Positions 1 through 9,900 of a DNA stretch of 39,178 nt are shown here, in pieces (position 1 is the first letter of the stretch; each line of letters begins with the position of its first letter). Position numbers and translations under genes: made by a program. Under the pieces are notes generated by a model. The model did no database searches and was not told where the DNA came from. It saw only the letters and a program-made list of their open reading frames with translations. The stretch lies in the NCBI RefSeq assembly GCF_000315625.1, contig NW_005434671.1, forward strand, positions 776,878 through 816,055, read 5' to 3'. Source of the DNA: Guillardia theta CCMP2712. Taxonomy: Eukaryota > Protista > Cryptophyta.

Positions 1-125
1 CCTCCTCCCCTCCCCCTCCTCCTCCCCTCCCCTCCCCTCCCCTCCCCTCCCCCTCCTCCTCCCCTCCCCCTCCTCCTCCCCTCCCCTCCCCTCCCCTCTC
101 CTCTCCTCCATATCTCCTCCCCTCT
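1..125. repeat. (CCCCT/CCT)n pyrimidine low-complexity tract, intronic in the ankyrin-AAA gene
   Basis: Directly visible; lies beyond the minus-strand GT donor at ~236 that follows the exon IFQGNPGTGKTTVARLMGKMFK. Confidence 0.85.
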
Positions 126-236
126 CCTCTCCTCCATCATTTCCTGAATTCTCCCTTACTCTCCTGCTTCTCTCCTCTCCGCTCCTGCACCTGCTCCTCC
201 TGCTCCACTTCATTCCCTTCCTTCTCCAACCTCACC

Positions 237-3200
237 TTAAACATCTTCCCCATCAGACGAGCTACAGTTGTCTTGCCTGTCCCTGGGTTCCCTTGGAAGA
301 TCTTGGGAGGAGGAACGAGCCGTCAGGAGCATCCCTCTCCTCTCCTCAGCTCACCATGTGCAACGAGGATGCGCCGTCTGCGGGCAGCCCGAGGCTCCTC
401 CTCTCCGCAGCGATGGTGACCTTCGCTCGCAGGCTCCGGAAGATCTGCTTGACCTAGCAGGAGCAGTCAGAGAGGGTCTTCCTTCCCCTCCCTTCCCTCC
501 CTCCCTCCCTCCCCTCCTCCCCGCACCTCGACCACTCCCACAATCTCATCCAGCTGCTTCAGGATGTCCTCGAGCCCCCCTGGGCTCAACCCCCCGTTGT
601 CGCTCGTCGACCCCTCCTCGCTCCCGTCTGCTCCTCCTGCTGAGGACGAGGTTGGGAAGTCCTTCTCCACCAGCGTCAGGAGCGAGTCCATCGAGCTTGT
701 CCCGCTGTCTGCCACCCGATCTGTCTGCCGGGACAGAACTTTGTCCAGCAGGTTCCTGACCGCCCTGCGCCAGTCTGAGGAGGGAGGGAGGGAGGGAGGG
801 AGGGAGGGAGGAAGGGAAGGGAGGGAAGGGAGGGAGACAGAGGCAGGGAGGGAGGGAGGGAGGGAGGGAGACAGAGGCAGAGAAAGGTGAGAGCGAGGGG
901 TGAAAGAGAAGGAGGAAGGGACGGGGGAACGGAGGGACGGAAGGAGAGTAGGGAGGGACGAGGGCGCCACCTTGCGTTGCCCTTGCTTGCGACGCTTCGG
1001 GGGATGCAGGAAGTTATCAGCTCCACCAGCTTCTCCTCCTCCACCGCCACGTGCAGCTTCCTCGCCCGCGCCATGACGCGGAAGATCTGCGCCATCTCGC
1101 TGTAGCTGTAGTTGGGGAACTCGAAGGAGAGGGGAAAGCGCGACTCCAGCCCGGAGTTGCTGCGCATGAAGTCCGCCATCTCCCTGGTGTAGCTGCAGCC
1201 AGTGTCAGGATGCGAGAAGAAGTTCGTTGGGGCAAGTGCGGAGGTAGGAGGAGGAGAAGGAGGAGCAGGAGCAGGAGATGGAGCAGGAGCAGTGGGAATC
1301 AGGAAGCATCCAAGGACGAGCGGGGAGGGGAAGGAGGTGGAAGGAGAGGAGGAGGAGCGGACCCAGCCATGATGACCACGAGCCTCTTGCGGTTGTTCTC
1401 CATCTCGGAGACGAGGGTGTCCACCACCTGCACGCCATTGAGCACAGCAGCGCAGCCGGAGGGCCGCCGACACCTCCTGCCCGAAGCTGTCTTTGCCCTC
1501 CTCGTGCTTCAGCGAGTACGCCTCGTCGATGAAGAGCACCCCCCCCAGCGCCTCCTTCACCTTGGCAGCCGTCCGAGCTGGTCCAACGTCAGGCAGCAAG
1601 GCTACTCCCTCCCTTCTTCACCTGCGCTCTGCCCGCTGTATTCGGCCACCAGGTCCTTCCTACAGACTTCAACCAGGTGGCCCTGCGAGGAATGGATTGA
1701 TGATGCCGTTCTCCTGCCCCCTCCTCCTTCCTCCCTCCCCTTCTTCACCTCTCCTCCTCCTTCATCCCTCCCTCCTTTCTCCTTTCGTTCACCTTCTCCA
1801 CCTCCTCCCTCCCTCCTCCTTCCGCCTCTGCCTCCTCACTCTTCACCTTCTCAAGGATCCCCATATGCCGGAGGATCTTCGCGACTGCACGAGCCATCGA
1901 CGTCTTGCCAGTCCCTGCTGCTCCCAGGAAGAGCATGTTCAAGTTCTGCTCATTCTGAAAGCCGAACCTAAAAGCAACAGAGTGACCGACGGATGAAAAC
2001 CAGAATTTCAAAGGCATCGTGCGAGAGAACGGAGGAGCGGGGTGAGAGAGGAGAGGGAGAGGGAGAGGGAGAGGGAGAGGGAGAGGGAGAGGGGAGAAGG
2101 AAAGAGGACAAAGGAAAGAGGGGGACGGACGGGAAGAGGAAGGGATCGGAGTGAGGCAGCAAGGAGGCAGGAGACGGGGAGGGAGCGGGCACAAATCATC
2201 CAAATCACGACTCACTTTGCTCGGCGCTGGTCCACCGCAACCTTCCTGCACAAGGATCGCAGCATGTTCTTCATGCCCTCCATCCCTATGATCCCCTCGA
2301 GCTGCTTCTCCATGTACTCCTTAAAGTCCGGAGGGCTCTGACCCCCCGAGTCCGAGTCCTCTGCCTCCCCGTTGTCCCTGACCTCTCCCGCGGGCCTCAG
2401 GGGATCCGGGTTCACCCGCCCGTTTCGTCTCTGACGCTCGTTCCTCCTGTCGTCGTCAGGTTGCCCGCCCCCCTCCCCCCGCCGGATCGCGGGAGGCTTG
2501 CCAGCTTTCTTCTTCCTGTTGTCGTCCAGCGGCACCCAGATGCCTCTGCCGGCGTCCCTGTCGGGCTCCTTGCCTATCTTGATCTTGTCGAGGTTCTTCC
2601 TCATGTTGTTGTAGGCTTCATCCCTCCTCGCCTTGGCCTCGATCTCTTGCGTCTCCAACTTCTCAAACGTCAGCATGATCTCCGTGCCCTCTGGCTCCAG
2701 CTCTGCATCCACCGCCTGCCGAGCTTTCCTAACCTCCAGGGCAGCAGCAGCAGCCTGCTGTCCCTTCTCGACCGCGTAGTCATGCGCGTTCCTCCCTTGA
2801 TCGTCCCTCGTCTCCAGGCAAGCCCCGGCCGACAAGAGGATGCGAATGATCTCCAGATGCCCCCCGACCGCTGCGAAGTGCAGAGGGCTCTTCCCCGCCG
2901 AGTTCTGCTGGTTCACTCGGGTCTGGTACTGCAGCAGCAGCTTCACCAGCTCCACATTCCCAGAGAGCGCTGCAAGGTGCAATGGGGTAGACTTGCACAC
3001 CTGCGACCAGGTCAACCATGCCCGGCAGCATCTGTTGACAGCACCTTTGCCTGCCCGTGGGCATTCGCTCTGCCTATCTCGAGCAGAGCTCTGACGCACT
3101 CAAGGCTGCATGAAGGACAAGCATCAGGGGAAGCCAACAACTCCTCCATGCATGGCTGTACCTGCCCTGGAAACATGCCACATGCAACAACGTCAAACCG

Positions 3201-3357
3201 GCACCATTAAAGGCTGCAACCACATTGCTGACCTCGCCTCCAAGCTCCCTGCCATAATTGTAAACTAGCAGCATTTGTGCTTGCTTGCCCACCTCAATCT
3301 ACTCGCTAGTCTCCGATGATCATTCTTTTTCACTGCTTCGTACGCTTGCTGGTCCAT
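237..3357 (-). CDS. Ankyrin-repeat protein with tandem CbbX/SpoVK-family AAA+ ATPase domains (multi-exon; continues off the left edge)
   Basis: Spliced from ATG 3357: MDQQAYEAVKKNDHRRL..GLTLLHVACFQGSLECVRALL..STPLHLAALSGNVELVKLLL..SPLHFAAVGGHLEIIRILL (ankyrins). AAA1: LEGIIGMEGMK, Walker A GAAGTGKT (~1905-1930), GHLVEVCRKDLVAEYSGQS, Walker B GGVLFIDEAYSL, VVIMAGY, SNSGLESRF, GNARAVRNL. AAA2: LDEIVGVVEVK..LHMIFQGNPGTGKTTVAR (~240-560). Extra 5' exons cannot be excluded. Confidence 0.88.
779..960. repeat. (GGGA)n purine microsatellite in intron
   Basis: Directly visible tandem GGGA units between exons of the AAA gene. Confidence 0.85.
2046..2098. repeat. (GAGAGG)n hexamer microsatellite in intron
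   Basis: Directly visible tandem units. Confidence 0.85.
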
Positions 3358-3789
3358 GAGGATTCAAGGGTTGATATCCCTGTTCAAACGTCAAGGATTA
3401 CATCACGGCACAAGCACTAGTGCTCATATTAATTCATCGCATCAGCGAGATGCCTTGCTCTCATCGTCATGTTCTCCCTCCACATAAAAATCCCTTCCAA
3501 TCTGATGCTCCATGTTGCTCCTTCCACTCTCTCGAAGCTTCCTTTGCTCTCGTCTGCCATGCTCCCCTCTTCTCACTGGATCGACGAGGGATGTGGCTGG
3601 CGATCCTGACCTCTCATCTACACAACATTCCAAGTCTTCGCGCCATGCTCGTCATCTCTGCACAGAAACCAAAGCAACCTGAATGTGAGCAACTGAAACC
3701 AGCAGTCTCTTGTCATCGGCCACATCCCCGCGCACTCCCAAGTTCCTAGAGTGTCCCTCATCCCCCTACTCATCCCCACCGTGTGCTGA

Positions 3790-3930
3790 GTTTCCGGGCC
3801 TCATCCGGGCCGGGCCCAACTGTGATCCAGTACTGGTAGCCTAGTAGTACTAGCAGTACTAGGCTGACTCTCGATAGGACCAAGGTCCTAGAGGAGCTAG
3901 GTGCCACTCTAAAAGAGTCGGGCCGCCTCG
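3790..3930. promoter_or_regulatory. Palindrome-rich CCGG/AGTACT island in divergent promoter region
   Basis: CCGGGCCGGGCCC, CCAGTACTGG palindrome, AGCCTAGTA..TACTAGGCT and TAGGACC-AA-GGTCCTA hairpins, lying between divergent starts at 3357(-) and 4174(+). The regulatory role is inferred from position. Confidence 0.4.
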
Positions 3931-4173
3931 CTAAAAGTTGAAAATTATCTTTTGGTTTGGTACCTGTTTGCGATATTTTTATACCTTTCAGCCCCAACAG
4001 TACTAAAGTTCACTACTGGAACTGGAGATTACTATAGAGATAATAAAGGTGAGCCGTTACTGATCCCGTATCAGTAGTACCACCCAAGAAATGAGTATAA
4101 TTGATAGTACAACTAATGATCCAAGCTTTTACTGGCCTGACCGTGTTCTCCCCCCTGGCGTCCATGCATAGCA

Positions 4174-5427
4174 ATGGTGCAGGTGCCGCCGTTGCGCTAC
4201 GTGTGCACCCCATCATGCACGACCCTGCGGAGAAAAAGAAGAGTGTCTACAGCAGCCTCCTCCTCGTTGCCCAGCACCAGTTCTTCCCCAAGAGCGCCCA
4301 TCGTGTTCGAATACAGCCTGGGGTCCCCGAAACCCTCCTGGAAGACACTCTCCTTTAGGTCATCTCCGCCCACCAGCCCGAAAAAGAGCACAACAAACGC
4401 CCCAAAGTTTCTCAACTTGAAGACTGCATCGGTAGAGTCGAGGAGAGTTGAGTCTGTCGTCAGTGGAGAGCTTTCCGAGTGGAGCTATGAAGTTCCGAAT
4501 GAGCTCGTTGTGAACCTGTTTGGGATCAGGTACAGTGAGGAGGAGGAGAGATACATTCGCGTTGAAGACGAATTAGCGAGGACCTCGCAGGAAGCAGTGA
4601 ACTATCTCATTCAGAAGTATTTGTCCGCACAGCGGTCTTCTAGGAGGGTTAGCATCGAGAGAAGCAAACTTGGAATGTCTGGTGGAAGGCGGGATAGAAA
4701 TTCCTTGAACGATCTGGAGAGATTGCATGATGGAGCTATAGACGCACTGCTAAGGGGGAGAAGGAAGTCCTGTGATGATACCAGTCCGATCTCGGCATAC
4801 AGAGATCAAATGGAAGAAGAGAACCTCTGTTATGTGAAAACTCCCTTCATATACCTTGGCCAGGATCCAGTCGATGACAACATCTTTTACTTCGAGCAAG
4901 ACAACAGTTTAGATCCGAGCAGAGAACAACGTGTCAGATGGCGCTTAAAAGGCATCAGGGATAAGGAGTGGATCAGCGCAGCGCCAAGGCCGTATGGTCC
5001 CTCTCGATCATGGGGTGGAGCATGGGGTGGGAACAGATCGCTCTTTTCTAATTTCAAGGACCTCAATCAGCCAGGAGTCATAGAGTACGTGGGCGGAGAG
5101 GTCAGACCGAAAGATGTCTTTCTTCTCAACGTCGTCCACAACATCAAGGCTGCTGAGCTTCCGACCATAGAGTTCTCAAGGAGATTGGCGTGCAGCAGAT
5201 CTGTTCTCTCGGAAAGCAGCACCACCTCGTTTGGAAATCACCCCATCACCTCACACAAGCGTACCATCTTTCGGCCGGTCAGCAAGCAGAGCTCTAAGAG
5301 CACCTACGCAGCCATCCAAGACGTGCAGGTCGGTCTTCCTCTGACCGGATACCCCGGGTGGAGAAACAGACATAGCACCAGTCCGATGAAGCTCACGCCG
5401 ATGACGTCCACGAGCCAAGACTTTTAG
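4174..5427 (+). CDS. Hypothetical protein, 417 aa, apparently intronless, Ser-rich termini
   Basis: Long uninterrupted ATG-TAG ORF with normal amino-acid composition in the centre; no family motif recognised. Confidence 0.7.
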   Translation: MVQVPPLRYVCTPSCTTLRRKRRVSTAASSSLPSTSSSPRAPIVFEYSLGSPKPSWKTLSFRSSPPTSPKKSTTNAPKFLNLKTASVESRRVESVVSGELSEWSYEVPNELVVNLFGIRYSEEEERYIRVEDELARTSQEAVNYLIQKYLSAQRSSRRVSIERSKLGMSGGRRDRNSLNDLERLHDGAIDALLRGRRKSCDDTSPISAYRDQMEEENLCYVKTPFIYLGQDPVDDNIFYFEQDNSLDPSREQRVRWRLKGIRDKEWISAAPRPYGPSRSWGGAWGGNRSLFSNFKDLNQPGVIEYVGGEVRPKDVFLLNVVHNIKAAELPTIEFSRRLACSRSVLSESSTTSFGNHPITSHKRTIFRPVSKQSSKSTYAAIQDVQVGLPLTGYPGWRNRHSTSPMKLTPMTSTSQDF

Positions 5428-5604
5428 CAATAAGATCTTGTTGAATCAAAAGAAAAGAGCACTATTTACAGATGAAAACTTACAGGACAAACAGCTTGCT
5501 CCTGCTCTAGCAGTGCAGCCGCTGGAGAGAGGCAGGCGTGACCATACCTCTGTCAAACTTCCATGGTCCATGCATACTGGCCCGTTGCTCAGTGACCTGT
5601 CCCA

Positions 5605-6654
5605 TCACTGTACAGGCACACACTGTTGACCCTGCCTAGTATATCCCTCGTCGCAGACACACTGTTCGGAGTGCTTGCTCTCTGGTGCAGAGCTGGAGTG
5701 AGCTGGACAGCTGACGCACACAGAGAACGTATCGTCTGCCCAAGTGTTGATCGGGCAGGGAGTGCAGGATCGTTGGAAGCGCATGCCGCCAGAGTCGGGT
5801 ACATACTTATCTGTCCTGACAAACCCTGCAATGCAGCGACAATCGAAAGGACTGGTGCTGTTCGCTTGCGACCTTGCATTAGCGTCGCAGGCTGTACATG
5901 TCGATGTATGCCCTTCCTCTGAGTAGGTGTTGGATTGACAAGTGCTGCAATCGTTGTCGACGCTCGCCCCACCTGCACAGCCGTTGTTGCTTGTCTTGCC
6001 GGCTGGACATACAGTGCATCCTTGACAAGCAGTTTGCCCATCGGTGGAATATGTTCCTGTTGGACAATCTTCACAGCGAGCCATCTCCAAGCTACTTCTG
6101 TATTTTCCTGCTGGGCAGAGAGTGCAATTCACGCCTTCTGAATTGTATTGGAATCCCGTATTGCACGCAAACGTGCAGTCATTAGAGTCAAGGCCTCCAG
6201 GTGCGTGATATACACTGTTTTCGGGTATTTGATTGCTGCAAGGAGAACAAAATGTATCTGTGGAAGCATTGCAGGAATGAGGATAAAATCCAATTATGCA
6301 AGAGCTTATGTCTTCGTGTGGAGTACATGGTTTGCAGTTATCATTTCCCAACCAATCCTTGAAGTAGCCATGCGAGCAAGCGGTGCACTGACTGTAAGAA
6401 GGTCCTCCCGCAGATCCCTCATAACCAACATTGCACAAGCACGTAGATGAGCCTGGCATTGACCATTCGCCAACATAGCAATCCAGACAGGGAAAAGGAT
6501 CAGGGACTTCAGTCGACTCTTGCCATTTATATTTGCCAGCAGGACAAAGTGCGCATGACAAGTCAGGTGAAGAGAACATGCCAGGACGGCATGCAGTTGA
6601 CGCCATCGCCTCCAGCATCACCAGCATCAACGCCATCTTTGCTTGACTCGCCAT
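5605..6654 (-). CDS. Secreted cysteine-rich repeat protein (GCC2/GCC3, ephrin-receptor-like and TNFR-like repeats), 349 aa
   Basis: Signal-peptide-like start MASQAKMALMLVMLEAMASTA, then repeats CALCPAGKYK, CTACSHGYFK, CTLCPAGKYR, CEDCPTGTYS, CTPCPINTW, CVSCPAHS and CxCxxGY/F motifs; no TM segment; intronless. Confidence 0.85.
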   Translation of the reverse strand: MASQAKMALMLVMLEAMASTACRPGMFSSPDLSCALCPAGKYKWQESTEVPDPFPCLDCYVGEWSMPGSSTCLCNVGYEGSAGGPSYSQCTACSHGYFKDWLGNDNCKPCTPHEDISSCIIGFYPHSCNASTDTFCSPCSNQIPENSVYHAPGGLDSNDCTFACNTGFQYNSEGVNCTLCPAGKYRSSLEMARCEDCPTGTYSTDGQTACQGCTVCPAGKTSNNGCAGGASVDNDCSTCQSNTYSEEGHTSTCTACDANARSQANSTSPFDCRCIAGFVRTDKYVPDSGGMRFQRSCTPCPINTWADDTFSVCVSCPAHSSSAPESKHSEQCVCDEGYTRQGQQCVPVQ

Positions 6655-6769
6655 GTCAAACGACGTGGGAGACTGGAGCTCTCGCCGCCCACCACCCCCC
6701 GAACAGTGCTTCTGACTACCCCTCCTCTTGACCCTTCTCCCCTCCTTGCACTTGACTAGGCCCATCAAC

Positions 6770-6975
6770 GGGTCTCTTATCCAGCACCCCCTGCTCCCAC
6801 CCCTCTCTGCCTAGTTCAGAACCCCTCGAGCAGGGGATACCCCATTGAAGATAAAATCACCCCCTCATTTAACATGAAAGTACCCCCGATACGACCAGAA
6901 CTATCCTTGCTCTTCGGTTGTCACCCCTCGATGTTTCCACCCCTACCCTACCCGACAATCGGGTCATTGGGTTAA
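6770..6975. promoter_or_regulatory. Short bidirectional promoter region rich in ACCCC motifs
   Basis: About 325 bp separate the divergent ATGs at 6654(-) and 6980(+); repeated CACCCC/TACCC motifs are visible. Function is inferred. Confidence 0.4.
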
Positions 6976-6979
6976 CGGA

Positions 6980-9900
6980 ATGGCGGGGCGGGTGACATTG
7001 TTGGTGGTGGCCGTGATGGTGGCGATGGCGGGAGAGGCAGAGGGCAAGGCGGGAGACTTAGTAAGAAGCTCCGACTTCAGGCGAGAAGGGTGGACCATGT
7101 CCGGAGACAACGGAGGGGGAGGGATGGAGGTAGATACGCGGCAAAACCTTGTCCGTGCGAGCGATGATGGAGATAGAAGCTGGTACTTTGAAACGCCGCG
7201 GGGATGGCTGGAGGGAGACAAGGCAATCATTTACAATGGGACCCTGGAGGTCTTCCTGCAAACCATTTCGTGGACAGGCAGCTACAAGGAGGATTATGAC
7301 GTGGTGCTTGTGGCCAGTCGGAAGAGTCTGTCCTTAGGGTTGAAAGGCATGAAAAAGGACGGTGAAACATCAAAGAATTACATTGTGCAGCTAAACGAGA
7401 AGTCGGGATGGATGTTTTACAGGAAAGGTAGATCAAGTAAGGTCGTGCCCAACGTCACTGCACAAGACTTTATCTTCTGCCTGAACAACCTGGTGGGAAT
7501 ACAGATCCGAGGCGGTTACTACGCTGGCTCAGAACAAGCACAGCTGAGATCGTTGAAAGTAACGCAGGGGTACATGGCAGGTGATGAGAACAGTAAACCA
7601 GACATCATGTCATCTCTTTGGCTGGGCTCTCGGACCTGTGAAAGTTCTGAGAGATTCGAGATTACGTTCAACAATCCTGGGCTGCCTTGCCATAAGTGGG
7701 AAGAAATTACCAGCGGAGTGCTACAAGCCGTGGACTCTTCTTCTCCGTACCAAGTCTTCAAGCTCGATCCTCTCTCCTCCTCAAATCGCCAGGATTATTA
7801 CGTCGGCCGAAGTTTGAATATCACGGGCGGGCCCGGTCATGGGCATTCAGGCACAGTTGTGCACTACGTGGGAAAGTTGGACTGGGAGGTCAGCAGCGGG
7901 GTGACGAGCGTAGAGATCGTCAATCCTGGTGAAGGCTGCCAGACGCGGGGATACTTGTCAGCCTACGGTGGTGGTGGGAGCGGATTCGAGGCTTCCTTTG
8001 ATGTAAGTTGTGTCTCTCTGCACTACGTTGTGCGCCGAACTGACCTTGTTGTCGTGAAGGTGTTGTACAGCATTCCCGAGGTTGAGATATTCAATGGAGG
8101 CATCGGTTGCTCTGGAACGCTACAGAACTTTGGGTTGGAGATAAGACAGGGTCAGATAACTAACGTGACGGTCATGAACTCTGGAGGTACAGCTTACATC
8201 ACAGGAAGTGCCATCGCCGTCTGTGAGCCTCCGTGTACTGGCAGCGGATTCGCTGGGACTTGCTATGCAAGCGGTGGCAACGTCTATCAAGTCGTGATCC
8301 AGCAGGGTGGGAACGCGTACAGCGCAGGGCATCCGCCAGTCTTGAAGTGTCCGGAGGGCAGGTTGACAGCGGTGGGGTCTGAAGGAGGCTACGGTTTCGA
8401 GGCATTCATCGGGACTACCTCTGGAGCGATCACTCACGTGCTCGTCAAAGACGGAGGGTCGGGGTACAGCGGGAGCATCTCCCTGGTCCCCGAGGTCTAC
8501 ACAACGTGCGTCAGCTTCGACCTGCGGCCGGTGCCGTCCGGCCACATGAGCTCGGTCTCGGTGATCAAGAGCGGCAGCGGATACTCGAGCCTGCCTCGGA
8601 TCACCATCAGTCTGGGTGGCGGAGCTGAGACCGGGGCTGGCTGTCGGAATTTCGACCTCAGGGCCCACGTGGGGGACCACACTGCTGGGATCCTGTCGAG
8701 GGTGAGCGCGAAGTCGTTGGTGTTGGGTATGTGGGCAAGCGAAGTGGACGGATACTACGAAGGTGAGGCACTTGCTGGAATTCTCGCGCGATCCTGACGA
8801 GAGTCTGACACTTGCTTCCCCTCGTTGCAGGCATGACGATCGTGATCACGAGTGGAAACGCCAAGGGGTTGATAGCGAGCATCCTGCAGTACACAGCAGC
8901 GACGAAGGAGGTGGTCCTTGCCAGCTCGCTGTCAACTCTCCCAGCTATAGGAGATACATACGGGATCACGCCTACTCCACTGCACGTCATGAAGAATGAC
9001 GCGTTGGGGATCGACCTTGGCAGGTCTCTCGGAGGACAAGTGGCTTCAGCGCTGTCTTGCAGCTGCCCTGCCAGCTCTCAAACTCACTCCAGCAACTTCA
9101 TCTGCTCAAACTCTTCCTCGTGTGCGCGGGGATTGTGTGTCTGCTCCGTGACTTTGGATTCAACGGCCCCTGCACAGGATGAAATCCTCACAGGGGAGAC
9201 GATTTACTTCACAAGCGCCTCCTTTGCGAACTCTGGAAAGGTGTGACGATGAGGAAGACAGTGGGCTTGAGTAGTGTTTGGTGTGACTTGGCTTGCAGTC
9301 TGCTCAGATCGTCGCTTATGATGGAGCTAACCGACGTGCAACTCTTGCTGTGTCAGGGTCTGCACATCAAGACTTCCGCAACCAACTCGGTGAGCGGTCG
9401 CGTCGGAGACGCAGCGGCAGGATGACGGCATGATGCAGGAAATACCGACGAGATTGCAGCAGGAGCATCATACCTCACTTCCTACACCCACGTGGCCAAA
9501 GTAGCAAATGGCAACTTCAACCTTCTCCAGGCGGGAAAGAGGTTGCATGCTGGGAGGTTAGTTTCTACGAGGACACTCATTGTACTTGTTTTCAGCACTT
9601 ACTCGATCATGATGGACGATCAGTCGGCTCGGGTGGATGCGGCGCTGGCAGGTGCGTCACACAGATGTCCTGGGTCGATCGTGATATGGATTCGGCAGGG
9701 AGGAACTACTTCTGCGACCAGCTTGTCGGCGACAACCCCCCTGCTCCATGGATCCGGCTGCCGTTCGAGAAGACATTCTCGTTCCGCTCGGTACCGCACA
9801 TATCCAGGTAGCCGCATTCTGCTTTGCATCAGGCCGCCGCGGTTCTCATCAGACCGCCTTGCAGCGTCGCCACGTTGACGATAGCAGCGGAGGGACGGGG

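Noticed and set aside
237-2340. Calling the AAA gene cbbX (Rubisco activase)
   Set aside because: N-terminal ankyrins, tandem AAA modules, no visible plastid-targeting leader and a divergent pore loop argue for a different member of the family.
268-3210. Plus-strand ORFs 268-759, 1051-1971 and 2461-3210
   Set aside because: Antisense to the ankyrin-AAA gene and inflated by low-complexity intron sequence.
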